Of a stretch of 64,000 nt of DNA, positions 49,625-64,000 are shown in pieces. The stretch is from Octopus bimaculoides (lineage: Eukaryota). A program made the translations under genes and the position numbers. The number at the start of each line of letters is the position of its first letter. Position 1 is the first letter of the stretch. The notes under the pieces were generated by a model. The model did not search any database and was not told the DNA's origin. It saw only the letters and a list, made by a program, of their open reading frames with translations. The DNA is taken from contig NC_068982.1 in assembly GCF_001194135.2 (NCBI RefSeq), positions 155,845,501 through 155,909,500 of the forward strand, written 5' to 3'.

Positions 49625-49835
49625 TTGATGTTGTTGTTTAGTCCCAAATCAATCTTGGTCGATTAGACCAATAAGCAAAGCTACCCCAGTTGTGACCGTC
49701 TCATCATTTTAGGATATCTAGGACTACAACATCCTATATATATTCATCCTTTTTCAAGACAATAGGGCTTGTTTTGAGGGAGACATGTATGCTATTTCTA
49801 GCCATTTGAACGGTCACAGAAGGCTTTCTCGGTAA
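49625..49835 (-). mobile_element. family C copy
   Basis: GTTGTTGTTTAGTCCCAAATC...TTTGAGGGAGACATGTATGCTATTTCTAGC. Confidence 0.6.
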
Positions 49836-50499
49836 CATGTCAGTGACCGCCAGGTTCCGATTTTCAGATAGAATAATTTCTTTAGAGTCTTTGATGCTTC
49901 TATGAAAAAGTCATGGTTATATTTCACCTCTCTCTCCCCAAACTAACTTCAGTAAAATTGGTATCGTGTTTCTCGTTAAAAACAATCAAACGATGTTCAC
50001 ACATATCGGTATCAAGAAAAAGTTTTAAAATCATCTAACTACTTTCATATAAAGATCTAACAATATTTGAAAACACCAAGCACGTTTCTTCAGATGAAAA
50101 TTTGTACAAAATCAATATCCACATATAGTATACACACCTTTCTAGCAATGTTACCGATACCTGTAAGAATCTCAACTCTTGTACTTACTATGCTATTAAT
50201 TTAGAAACGAAGGAAAATATACCAACCAAAAAAATAGAAACTTCTCTGTTATGAGATCCCTGTATTACTTTTAAACAACAGAAAAATAATTTCTTTGCCA
50301 ACAACAAATGTAAAATGTTAAATTCGAAAAAAAAAAAAAGAAAGAAAACAGTCAGGTATGATAAATAAAAATATATTATTATTTTTGGAACAGTGGATCT
50401 CGGAGCATATGAGACCATAAATAACAGCATACAAATATTGGGTTGAAAGCACCTTTGGATAGAAAAAGTCGAAGGCTGCTTTCCTCTCCATTTCAGACT

Positions 50500-52985
<2,486 letters not shown>

Positions 52986-53006
52986 TACATGTATATATAC
53001 ATCTCA

Positions 53007-53082
<76 letters not shown>

Positions 53083-53399
53083 TAGAGAGAGAGAGATAAA
53101 GAGGAAGCGAGTGATGTGTATGCATGCATGTATGTAGTTCTTTTACATGCATGTATGAGTACGTATACACACACACACATACACACACATACGCACATGC
53201 ACACATACACACACTCATATTCATACACATACATGCACAGAATTATCGTATTTATTTTCACCTTTACAACTTGTTCATGTAATTCAATACTTTAATCTCT
53301 GCAGAATTAAACGAAAGAGGGAGGTAACCAAAGAATAATAGGATAAAAAGAAATAATGAAAGAGGACCAAATGATAGACAAATAGGAACGTTTATCAAC

Positions 53400-53640
53400 A
53401 AAATATTTGATTATCTGTTCGTAAATTATGTAGGGTCAACATTCAGTTGGATGACGTGTTGCTTCGATACAGGCCTATTAGATGTTGCAACGTTTCTGGT
53501 GAATGATTCTTTATCCAGTTCTCTGATGCTCCTGTTTAGATTGAAGTCTATTGTCTGATAACATTCTCCATCCGTTGCTATAATTAATATGTCAGCGAAT
53601 TGTTAATCTTCTCCAGTCATCTAATCTGCGAAAAAACAGA
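53400..53640 (-). mobile_element. RTE-type RT fragment (domain 5)
   Basis: Minus frame TGED*QFADILIIATDGECYQTIDFNLNRSIRE resembles GE.L..LRFADDI..IA...E.LQ..L..LN. Confidence 0.45.
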
Positions 53641-55277
53641 CGTGGAAGAGGTCAAATTGTCAGTCAGTCTGCGCACGCTCACCGGATGTGTAAGCAGTCA
53701 TTTAAGAGACGAACGAACATATGACTTATCGTCTGCTGACTGAACTCTTCTTAATTTCCTTACACTTTTCCTCTTCGTGCTCTTAGTGAAGAGAAGAAGA
53801 TGAAGGTGAAGAAAAAGATGAAGAAATGGAGAGAGAAGATGAAGAAAAAGCGGAAGAAAATATGAAAATGTGAAACTATAAAGAAATAGAAATAATATAT
53901 AAGAACTATAAGAAAGAGGAGAGAATAAGAAAGAGATAGAGAGTGAGAGCGAGATTGGCGGAGAAGGAGTGAGTGAGAGTGAGATGCGGAGAGGGTGTGA
54001 GTGAGGGAGAGAATGAGTGAGAGTGAGAGTGAGAGGGAAAGAGAGATGAACTCCAAAAGGAACAATCAACGCAATAAACCATTCAACTAATTCCAAGATG
54101 GTGAAAAAAAAACCAAAACAAAACAAATAAGGAACAAAAAAGGCAAAGAAATGGAAAAAAAAAATAGCACCAGAAGTGGTCAATTGATGAGTGATCGATA
54201 ATTTAGACCAATTATCTGAGGTATTATCACGGCTAATTAGACGTAGTGACTAAATCGTGTGTTTGTGTACAACGAGACTCATACATACAAAAAATAACAG
54301 AAAAGACAGAGAAAGAGTCGGGAGGCAGAAGCAAAAATATTCTTTATAACCTGAACAATAGCGAAACTTAAAAAGAACGGATATCTATACAATAGTCAAT
54401 GTTCCTTACTATTGTCTATCTTTCTGAACGTCTATCTGCCTTTCCCTATATCTTTTTACCCTACACAACTTCCACCGTATGATCTGTTCTCTATTTTGGT
54501 TCTACACATACCATTCCCCAAACTCACAGACTTCCATTATTGTTGTTTTTGTATTCCAACCACCCCAAAGCATTCTTCACTTGAACTTCTCAATTTCCGC
54601 CGTTCAGCTTTTCTCTTCACTCCTTTCTCAAGTATATCTCTGTCTCTCTTTATCTCTTTCAGTTTTTTCTTTCTTTGCTCCTCAATGTTTCTTAGTTTAA
54701 CTTCCCATATATTTTATCATTCACTTTCCTTCTTTCTATCTGCATTTTATTCATACTCCTTCAACTTCCTCTCTATCTGAGATAATTATTTCTTTCTTTC
54801 TTTCTTTCTTTCTTTCTCATTTACATTCTTTACATTCTCTTTAACAACTCTTCTCTCCCCGCCACTTCTACCATACTTTCACTTTCTCTTTCTCAAATCC
54901 CCAACCTATTTTTCAGTCATTCTTTACTTAAGATTGCTAAAGAAACAAAAATAGCGCCAGCTCTCTCTCTCTCATTCTCTCCCCCTCTCTCTCACTCGCT
55001 GTGTCTCATTTCCATTGGATGACACTGGAAATGAGTAAATAACACCAGTAATTTTTAACAGAGTAAACAGGAAGTGTTTGAAGAAAATGGACTCCGTTTT
55101 TAAAGAGTGGTCTCTTTACAATATGCATCATCTTTATTGAAGCAATGAAAGGTCCGATTTCATGAATAGCGGACCATAAGAAAAGAATAAAAACAAAAAG
55201 TAGGATGGGAAAAAAATACAAGAGAAACTTTACAAAAAGTCCCGGGGATATAATTGTTCTTTTAAAACCACAAAGCC

Positions 55278-55279
<2 letters not shown>

Positions 55280-55345
<66 letters not shown>

Positions 55346-55375
55346 GTAATAATAATGATAATAATAATAATAATG

Positions 55376-55409
<34 letters not shown>

Positions 55410-55720
55410 TAATAATAATAATAATAATAATAATAGTAATAATNNNNNNNNNNNNNNNNNNNNNNNNNNNNNNNNNNNNNNNNNNNNNNNNNNNNNNNNN
55501 NNNNNNNNNNNNNNNNNNNNNNNNNNNNNNNNNNNNNNNNNNNNNNNNNNNNNNNNNNNNNNNNNNNNNNNNNNNNNNNNNNNNNNNNNNNNNNNNNNNN
55601 NNNNNNNNNNNNNNNNNNNNNNNNNNNNNNNNNNNNNNNNNNNNNNNNNNNNNNNNNNNNNNNNNNNNNNNNNNNNNNNNNNNNNNNNNNNNNNNNNNNN
55701 NNNNNNNNNNNNNNNNNNNN

Positions 55721-55775
<55 letters not shown>
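55280..55775. repeat. (TAA)n-derived array interrupted by an N-gap
   Basis: Directly visible. Confidence 0.95.
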
Positions 55776-55960
55776 TGTAATTGTAATAATGAGTAATGAT
55801 GATTTCTTTATTAGCCACAAGGGTTACAGAAATAGAAAATATTTAGAAAAATAATGCGAAACAACCTTTGGCAGAGTACATACATACAAATACTGAGAAG
55901 CAAACACATGTATGTATGTATGTATGTATGTATGTATGTATATATGTATGTATGTAAGTA

Positions 55961-56421
55961 CGGTGGGGGTGGGGTTCTCAATAGAAACCGGAAATTTGCA
56001 ACGTTTTATTCACATAGTTGTACATGTTTACACTTTTATCGTTTTCACAGTATTCCCCATTTGAAGCAATGCATCGGTCCAGACGAGTTTTCCACTGTTT
56101 GAAGTAGTGTTGGAACTCTTGCTTTTAAAACCTCCATCGTTTTCTTCTTCTTCTTCTTCACCTCTTTTACATCTGTAAATTCCATAGCACCAGCTTTCGT
56201 CACCAGCGCTGACCTTCGAAAAAAGGTCCGGATCAACTGCCAGCTGTTCTTTCAGTTCACGACACTCATTCAGTCGCGGATGCTTCTGATCTTCCGTGAA
56301 CAAGCGAGGCACAGATTTTGCTGCAACTCTTTTCATTCGCAATTCCTCGCTCAAAATTCGTTGGCAGGAGCTCCAGGACACACCGATCATATCAACAAGT
56401 TCGTCAATTGTTCGGTGACGT
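55961..56421 (-). mobile_element. mariner transposase deletion derivative
   Basis: RTIDELVDMIGVSWSSCQRILSEELRMKRVAAKSVPRLFTEDQK...GDESWCYG is fused directly to FTDVKEVKK...QEFQHYFKQWKTRLDRCIASNGEY; ends at TA 55959-55960. Confidence 0.85.
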
Positions 56422-56424
56422 CAA

Positions 56425-57103
56425 TTGTTTACTAGATTCGGATAATTTAGCTTTGATTTCATTAGCTTCCCCATCCTTGTGATGTACTCCACAATTTTCG
56501 TTTTCATTTCTATAGTTAATACTCTGTCAGATTCTAATACTCCACCTTTCAATGATTTTAATGTCTGGCCATCTAGTAATTGGATGCCTTTACTGTTGAT
56601 TACCTATTCCCTTCTCATGACTAATATTGCACACTTATCTATGCCAAATTCCATGCCTATATCTTTGCTGAAGAGTCTTACAGTCAGTATTAAGGAATCT
56701 ATCTTTTTTTCATTCTTACTAACAAGCTTCAGATCATCCATGTAGAGCAAATGGTTAATTTTCCCCTTACTATTTCTGAACTGATACCCTGCTTTTGCCT
56801 TCCTTAAAACTAAACTGAGGGGGATCAAGCATTAGACAAATACAAAGGAACAATGAGTCCCCCTGGAACATTCCTCTTTTGATATTAACTTTCCCTAAGA
56901 GTGTGTCACCTGAGTAGAGATCTACTTTCCATTTCTTCATGCTAAAGCTATTTAATTCTCTAATGTCGTCTGCTATACTGAATATACTCAAACATTCACT
57001 TATCCATGAATGTGAGATCATGTCATAGGCTTCAAACATTCACTTATCCATGAGCGTGAGATTACGCCATAGGCTTCAAACATTCATTTATCCATGAGAG
57101 TGG
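56425..57103 (-). mobile_element. R4/Dong RT fragment (domains 3-7)
   Basis: AYDMISHSWISECL, KRGMFQGDSL, INHLLYMDDLKL, DIGMEFGIDKCA. Confidence 0.9.
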
Positions 57104-57104
57104 G

Positions 57105-57800
57105 ATCTTCCTCCACCTGAGTTATTTTTGTCATGTCTCAACTCATTCCCGCTGCTTAAAGACGCAGTACTTTTCTCAATATATATGTTGTTCCAAGTAA
57201 TGTTGCCAATTTCCTATAAAGTTAGGTGTTTGCAGTTGTTCATGTCGAATATTGCAGTCTTTCAGATGGTTTCAAGTGTACCAATCACAATAGGTATCAT
57301 ACTTACTTTTGAGGTTCTGTGGATGTAATTCAGTTCTAATGTTAGCTTTTGGACTTTAATTCTTTAATTCTTTGAAGTGCTTCAGCTTTAAAGCTGTGGG
57401 CGTGCTGGGGCACCACTTTTGAACTTTCTCGTTCTCTGTCTACATAATATTTTGGTGTGCAGGTATAGTTACGTCGACGAAGGTGCATTTTTTGGACTCC
57501 TTCCAAAAGAGAGAAATATCTGGCCGTTTATGTTGCAGTTTTTTGTCTGTAAATATTATCATAACCTACTTGAGTTTCAGCTGATTATTCCCTGCTACTG
57601 GCAAAGGTTGATGCGCATACCATTTGTTGGAACATCTTAGTTAATACTTCCTACACAACTGTCTGTTTATTAAGCACTGCCATTTTGTCAAAATGCTTTT
57701 TGTATTCCTTTTGGTGCAGTCTAATGATATCAGATGATTGTTCACATAAGTTACACAAAAGGGATACTGCTGTCTTATGAACGCTACACTTGATTAATGT
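57105..57800 (-). mobile_element. R4/Dong 3' fragment (decayed CCHC, RLE endonuclease, 3' UTR)
   Basis: LCNLCEQSSD...EYKKHFDKMA, KWYAHQP, HKRPDISLFWKESKKCTFVDVTIP, IPIVIGTL, LLGTTYILRKVL across frameshifts. Confidence 0.75.
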
Positions 57801-58194
57801 CTCCTCCTCTAAAAATCCACGTATTTCATCATCATCTTCGTCGTCATCATATTCGTCGTCATCATCATCGTCGTCATCATCATCATCGTTGTCGTCGTCG
57901 TCGTCGTCGTCGTCGTNNNNNNNNNNNNNNNNNNNNNNNNNNNNNNNNNNNNNNNNNNNNNNNNNNNNNNNNNNNNNNNNNNNNNNNNNNNNNNNNNNNN
58001 NNNNNNNNNNNNNNNNNNNNNNNNNNNNNNNNNNNNNNNNNNNNNNNNNNNNNNNNNNNNNNNNNNNNNNNNNNNNNNNNNNNNNNNNNNNNNNNNNNNN
58101 NNNNNNNNNNNNNNNNNNTATATATATATATGTATATATACATGCATATATATATATAGTTAAAAAAAGGGAGGAATTTCGACTATCCCCGTGT

Positions 58195-58650
58195 GGTGAG
58201 TTGTAATGCAAAAGAACGATTATTTCCTATTTGATGACACCTACTATCGTTAAAAATTGTGGAATTGCGATGGGAACGAAAGTAGTCCCTGCTCTTGCGA
58301 ACCTAACAATGGGATATTTTGAATTCATTATCTATGAAGTGTCACTGCAAAAATATGGATATCCATTTCACCATTATATAATAGAGAACCGGAAAAGATA
58401 CTTGGATGACTGCTTTATCAATTGGAAGAAGACCATTGATAAACTTTTGGAATTTAAATCAATAACCAATAATATAAACCCTAACATTCAATTTACAATG
58501 GAATATAGATAAAAAAAGTCATCAACCAAATTATAACTGACATTTATCATAAACCAACGAACTCGAAGCAATATCTCCTGTTTAGCTCACGCCACCCAAA
58601 ACACTTCAAAAGAAATATTCCCTTTTAATTTAGCAAATTGTTGTTTGGTT
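58195..58650 (+). mobile_element. Penelope-like element RT fragment
   Basis: YFLFDDTYY...GIAMGTKVVPALANLTMGYFE, KRYLDDCFINW, NPNIQFTMEY, DIYHKPTNSKQYLLFSSRHPKHFKRNIPFNLA. Confidence 0.9.
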
Positions 58651-58835
58651 TGGCGAAGAGTAAATCATAATCCAAATAAAAAGACAAAGAAGTTCTTTAG
58701 CATATATTGAATGATTCGTTACAATTGTTTCTGCTCCAACTCTGCTGGCAACTCTAGTTGGCAAGCAGAATTGGTACAGAAACAATTGTAACGAATCATT
58801 AAGGATGTGTTAAAGAATTTTGTCTTTATATTTGC

Positions 58836-58877
<42 letters not shown>

Positions 58878-59045
58878 TATCCGTGCGAGTGTGTATGTAT
58901 GTGTGTAAATAAATATATATACATTATACAAATGCATATACTTATACATGTGTATATACATACATGTATACATATATTTACATGCATGCCTACATGTAAA
59001 TACATACATGCACACAAACATGCATACATACAAATGTATGTATAT

Positions 59046-59290
59046 GGTAGCGCATGGTTTAGTGGTTAGGGTGTTACACTTATGATCATATGATTGCGGT
59101 TTCGAATCCTTGTCCGCGCGATGAGTTGTATTGTCGAGCAAAACACTTCATTTCACGTTGCACCAGTCGGCTCAGCTGGCAAAAATGAGTAATCCTGCGA
59201 AGTAATCTCGTCCAGAGTGGGAGTGTATACACCACAGAATCCGGGGAAACAGAAATTATGAGCCTATGGCTCATGAAGCACCTTTGCTCC
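59046..59290 (+). mobile_element. SINE family F-like (tRNA head plus CORE-like centre, different tail)
   Basis: GGTAGCGCATGGTTTAGTGGTTAGGG...GGTTTCGAATCC...CGAGCAAAACACTTCATTTCACGTTGCACCAGTCGGCTCAGCTGGCAAAAATGAGT. Confidence 0.8.
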
Positions 59291-59644
59291 TTTACGCACA
59301 CATTACACCCCCCACACATACACATACACACACATGCACGCAAGCACATACACACGCATGCACGCAAACACAGGTGCACTACGCGCTGAGAGAGTTTCTC
59401 ATCTCATGTATAGAAACAAATCAACTCAAAACATTAGAAAACTGAAAGCAGAAATGATAGAGGCATACACATACACGCATCACACACACAATCACCATAT
59501 AAATCAAACACACACACATATATATTCATGCATGAGTGCACATACATATACTCTCACATAGAAATAAACATGGCCGTAGTCCAATGACTGAAGCAAGACG
59601 CATATATGCGTATATAAATATGTATATATACACACACAGACACA

Positions 59645-59693
<49 letters not shown>

Positions 59694-60242
59694 GTATACA
59701 TACATACATATATACATGCATATACACAAACACACACATACGGACACACATACAGGGATACAGAATGAATGGGAATGAAAGAAAGACAAAGCAAAGGATA
59801 TAAAAAGATAGAGAGAAATAGAGAAAGATAAAGAGAGATAATGAGAGTGAAAGATATATATATATATATGTTGATAAATAGATAGAGAGAGAGAGAGAAA
59901 GACGGGAGAGAGAAATAGAAAGAGAAAGAGAGAAAATGAGAGGGGTTTCCGTGTGTATATTTCTGTTTCAATTGCTGCGATGTGATGCTAGTATATAGCT
60001 GTAGGCTACCACATCACCTAATACCACACCGCAGTCATATCGAGCCGTGTACAGTTAAATATTGTACCATTTTCATTGAGCATAATTATAAACAGATTCT
60101 CAACTAGCTTCAAGCTGGAAAAGGATTATAACTTGTAATTTTAAGACAATGAATGTGTGTGCTGTGTGTGTGTAGGAGTGTGCATGTGTGTATCTGTGTG
60201 TCTGTGTGTTTATATGTGTGTTAACATATATATATATATTTA

Positions 60243-60288
<46 letters not shown>

Positions 60289-62005
60289 NNNNNNNNNNNN
60301 NNNNNNNNNNNNNATATATGTATATATATATATATGTACGTATACACACACACACACACATATGTATATATGGTTGTATGTATATGATTTTATGTATGTG
60401 ATTCTATATGTGTTTATGTGTGTACGTATGCGTACCCTTTTTTTAATTCAAGATGTTCATAGAACTTAAAATATAAAAAAAAAGAGAAAAGAAGAAAAAC
60501 AACAACAACAAAAACAACAATAATAATTTCTAATTGCGGTTATCCATAATTTCGAAAATCTTACAAGTAAATTGTTTGACCAATGATAGGGTTACAGAAA
60601 CAACATTCTTTGTAAGACGAAGCAAACTTTCGTGTTGAGGCCCGCCAACACAATGATTTTAACATCGAAATTAAGACAACAACAGCAATAGAAGCAGCAG
60701 CAGCAGCAGCAGTAGCAGCACTGTAGAAACAGTAGCAGCAGCAGTATTAACTGCAAGAACACGCTTTGCTAATTTCAGCGGGTAGTTAGTTTTTCATGAG
60801 CGATATATAGCTGACGGCTTTTTCTCTTGTTTTAGCCGCGAGCTGGGTGCCTGCTAAAACGGGTCTAATTGATGGGAATTAGCCAATTACTTAACATTCG
60901 GTATGGTAAGAGGTGCATGCTATACCAATCGATACACGGTATGCCTAGAGTTGAATTTGTATAACGATGAACAAAATTAGCCCAGAATCGATCAGAATGT
61001 GCAAACTTACCGTCCCCCGACGCCATCAACCCTTTCCTCTGCTACAGCTTTTTCTTCTTCTCATCCCATTGCTACATCAACAACATCATCACTGCTTACC
61101 CAAACCCACCTTCATTTCCACCCCAGTCCACCGCACCCACTCGTCTCAGCCGTTTTTCTATTTCAAGAGTATGAGACACCCCAACCTCACATCTTCCGCT
61201 TCATCAACCACAACCACGTTCGGCTCAAGTTGCTCTGCTTTTCTACTTCTGTCTCTCCTTTAGTTTTCCGGATTCTCTCGCGCTTCTATCACCTCTTCTA
61301 GTTCTGTTGCTCTCCTCCCCCTCTCTCCCTCACTCTCTCCGTCTCTCATACATACATACATACATACATACATACATACATGCATTTATGCCTATATACA
61401 TACGTATATTTGCATGTATGTATGTATGTGTATATATATATATATATATATANNNNNNNNNNNNNNNNNNNNNNNNNNNNNNNNNNNNNNNNNNNNNNNN
61501 NNNNNNNNNNNNNNNNNNNNNNNNNNNNNNNNNNNNNNNNNNNNNNNNNNNNNNNNNNNNNNNNNNNNNNNNNNNNNNNNNNNNNNNNNNNNNNNNNNNN
61601 NNNNNNNNNNNNNNNNNNNNNNNNNNNNNNNNNNNNNNNNNNNNNNNNNNNNNNNNNNNNNNNNNNNNNNNNNNNNNNNNNNNNNNNNNNNNNNNNNNNN
61701 NNNNNNNNNNNNNNNNNNNNNNNNNNNNNNNNNNNNNNNNNNNNNNNNNNNNNNNNNNNNNNNNNNNNNNNNNNNNNNNNNNNNNNNNNNNNNNNNNNNN
61801 NNNNNNNNNNNNNNNNNNNNNNNNNNNNNNNNNNNNNNNNNNNNNNNNNNNNNNNNNNNNNNNNNNNNNNNNNNNNNNNNNNNNNNNNNNNNNNNNNNNN
61901 NNNNNNNNNNNNNNNNNNNNNNNNNNNNNNNNNNNNNNNNNNNNNNNNNNNNNNNNNNNNNNNNNNNNNNNNNNNNNNNNNNNNNNNNNNNNNNNNNNNN
62001 NNNNN

Positions 62006-62041
<36 letters not shown>

Positions 62042-62319
62042 GCATACGTGTATGCATACACGCACATGCATACATACATATATGTTTATATATATGTATA
62101 TATATATATATATTATATATATATAGGTTTCATTGAGCTTTCCTCTGATTCCTCCTAGCTTCTTCTACAACGATAGCCCACTCACACATACACAAACGCA
62201 TGCACATTCCCCCCCACACGCATATACCCACGACGCACATACATTGAAGCTTTTTAACTCCCTAACCTCACCTGACTTTTGATTCTGTCGTGATTAGCAA
62301 TCTCTGTTTTAAATCAGTG

Positions 62320-62394
<75 letters not shown>

Positions 62395-62683
62395 GCACGC
62401 ACGCACACACATGACTTCAGTGGCGCATAAGTATATTAAATGTACTAAACATCCATTAATTTTATTCGCCACGTTTATTATAATTCTTTTGTCATAACTT
62501 CTCAACACAAGACAAAACAAATCAATTACATTCCGAACGGAAGGCTGAAATTTGCGATTATCTCTTTGTGGGTTACAAGCCGTGTAGTGACAGGGAAGGC
62601 TTTGTATTTGTGGTACTACGCGTCATCTCAGTTGTCAGAAAGGACGTATTAGATATTGAAGTTGATATATATACATATGTGTG

Positions 62684-62753
<70 letters not shown>

Positions 62754-63012
62754 ATCGCCCTGAAGTCTAATCCTTCCTGGAAATTAGTATGAATTGGAAA
62801 ATGATAATGAAGATATCCCTAAGGGACATTAGGTTTTGTCAAAGACTTGTACTTAGATATAACTGAATGGTTTATTGTTGCATTGGACAAATTCTAATTT
62901 CTTAGTCACAGACACACACACACACACAGAAACGCACACACACCACACACACACACACACACACATAGATAAATTCTAATTTATCTAATTTATCCACACA
63001 CACACCCACTTA

Positions 63013-63470
63013 GACAAACTCTAATTTCTTAGTCACCAAAGCTTTACACAACAACCACAAAACAAACGGTTAAAAATATGGACTCCCAAACTGTGGAACA
63101 TGCCCCAACCTACTGGAAGGCTCAGAATTCCTATTCAAGCAAAGGGATAGGTTCACAGTTAAAACCAACTTCATTTTTGCTTCCAAGAATCTAATTTATG
63201 ACATAACTTACTCAGGTTGTGGACATAAATATATAGGACAAACGAGTATGACACTGAGACGGAGAAGCACACTACATAAGGAACTGATTCGGTTCCCACA
63301 ATACAGACAGATTCCTTTGAGTGAACACATAGAGAGATGTGCAGGTAATATCCAACCAAGCTTCACAGTTTCCTCATCTACCAGTGCAAAGAAACAATTT
63401 CTATACAAGAACGTTCAAATAAAGAAAATTTGTTCATCGAAAGATGCAAAACACGTCTAAAGATGAACGC
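63013..63470 (+). mobile_element. Penelope-like element linker plus GIY-YIG endonuclease
   Basis: LPNCGTCPNL (Cys linker), FTVKTNF...SKNLIYDITYSGCGHKYIGQTSMTLRRRSTLHKELIRFPQYRQIPLSEHIERCAG, and NKENLFI at the end. Confidence 0.88.
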
Positions 63471-63949
63471 ATAACCAACTTTGATCTCAGTATATATTTT
63501 AATTTATGATCACATACCCATTACTGTACATATTTCATCTCACTGCTTTAACGTTTAAGTTTTTGTATATATTTATTTATTCCCTCCCCGGAAGATGAGC
63601 AATTACCTCCCCTGTCCCCAATAATAATGATCACCAATTACCTCCCCTTAGATTTTCTTCTTGTTGAATCATCCATTTACAAACCACTTCACACACATGG
63701 ACTAAAATCTTAAGAAAATACGAAATTACGATAATTTCAATGTGATGATTAGCGAAAAGAAAACCGGTCGACAAACACAATATAAAGTATATTAAAAAGT
63801 ATATTAAAACTATGTAAAGAGTGTGCGTTTCCTTATTTTATTTTATATATATAATATTTCATTACAACTCACCACGTGGGAATAATCGAAATTCTTCTCT
63901 TTTCGTTACTATATATGTATATGTATATATATATGTATATATATGTATA

Positions 63950-64000
<51 letters not shown>

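Noticed and set aside
55020-55279. Sequence directly 5' of a large TAA array as a possible Dong 3' end
   Set aside because: No RLE or LLGTA.ILR motifs in any frame.

Overview
Eukaryotic, AT-rich, microsatellite-saturated genomic DNA with about 16 N-gaps (roughly 5 kb), nearly all flanked by simple repeats. The SINE families and repeat load look like an Octopus (coleoid cephalopod) short-read scaffold; this is my recognition, not a database result. I found no intact host gene, rRNA, true tRNA or CRISPR array, and most ORFs in the supplied track are microsatellite or N artefacts. The window is a graveyard of mobile elements. It holds at least 5 SINE-like families (working names A, B, C, E, F) in dozens of copies, R4/Dong LINE relics (several sitting in or beside (TAA)n), RTE and CR1 LINE relics, Penelope-like RT and GIY-YIG relics, three Tc1/mariner deletion derivatives and a hAT MITE with an 8-bp TSD. 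Five signals stand out. (1) A dispersed non-coding repeat carries a minimal type-I hammerhead ribozyme skeleton of the Penelope/retrozyme kind: near-intact at 28969-29003, decayed at 7185 and 31767, with a second type at 25943 on the minus strand. (2) A SINE and CR1 LINEs share a 3' tail whose stem-loop covaries between copies. (3) Dong elements appear to target TAA arrays. (4) One SINE is nested in another at the homologous position. (5) A candidate first exon/promoter of a minus-strand host gene lies near 17.7-19.3 kb.
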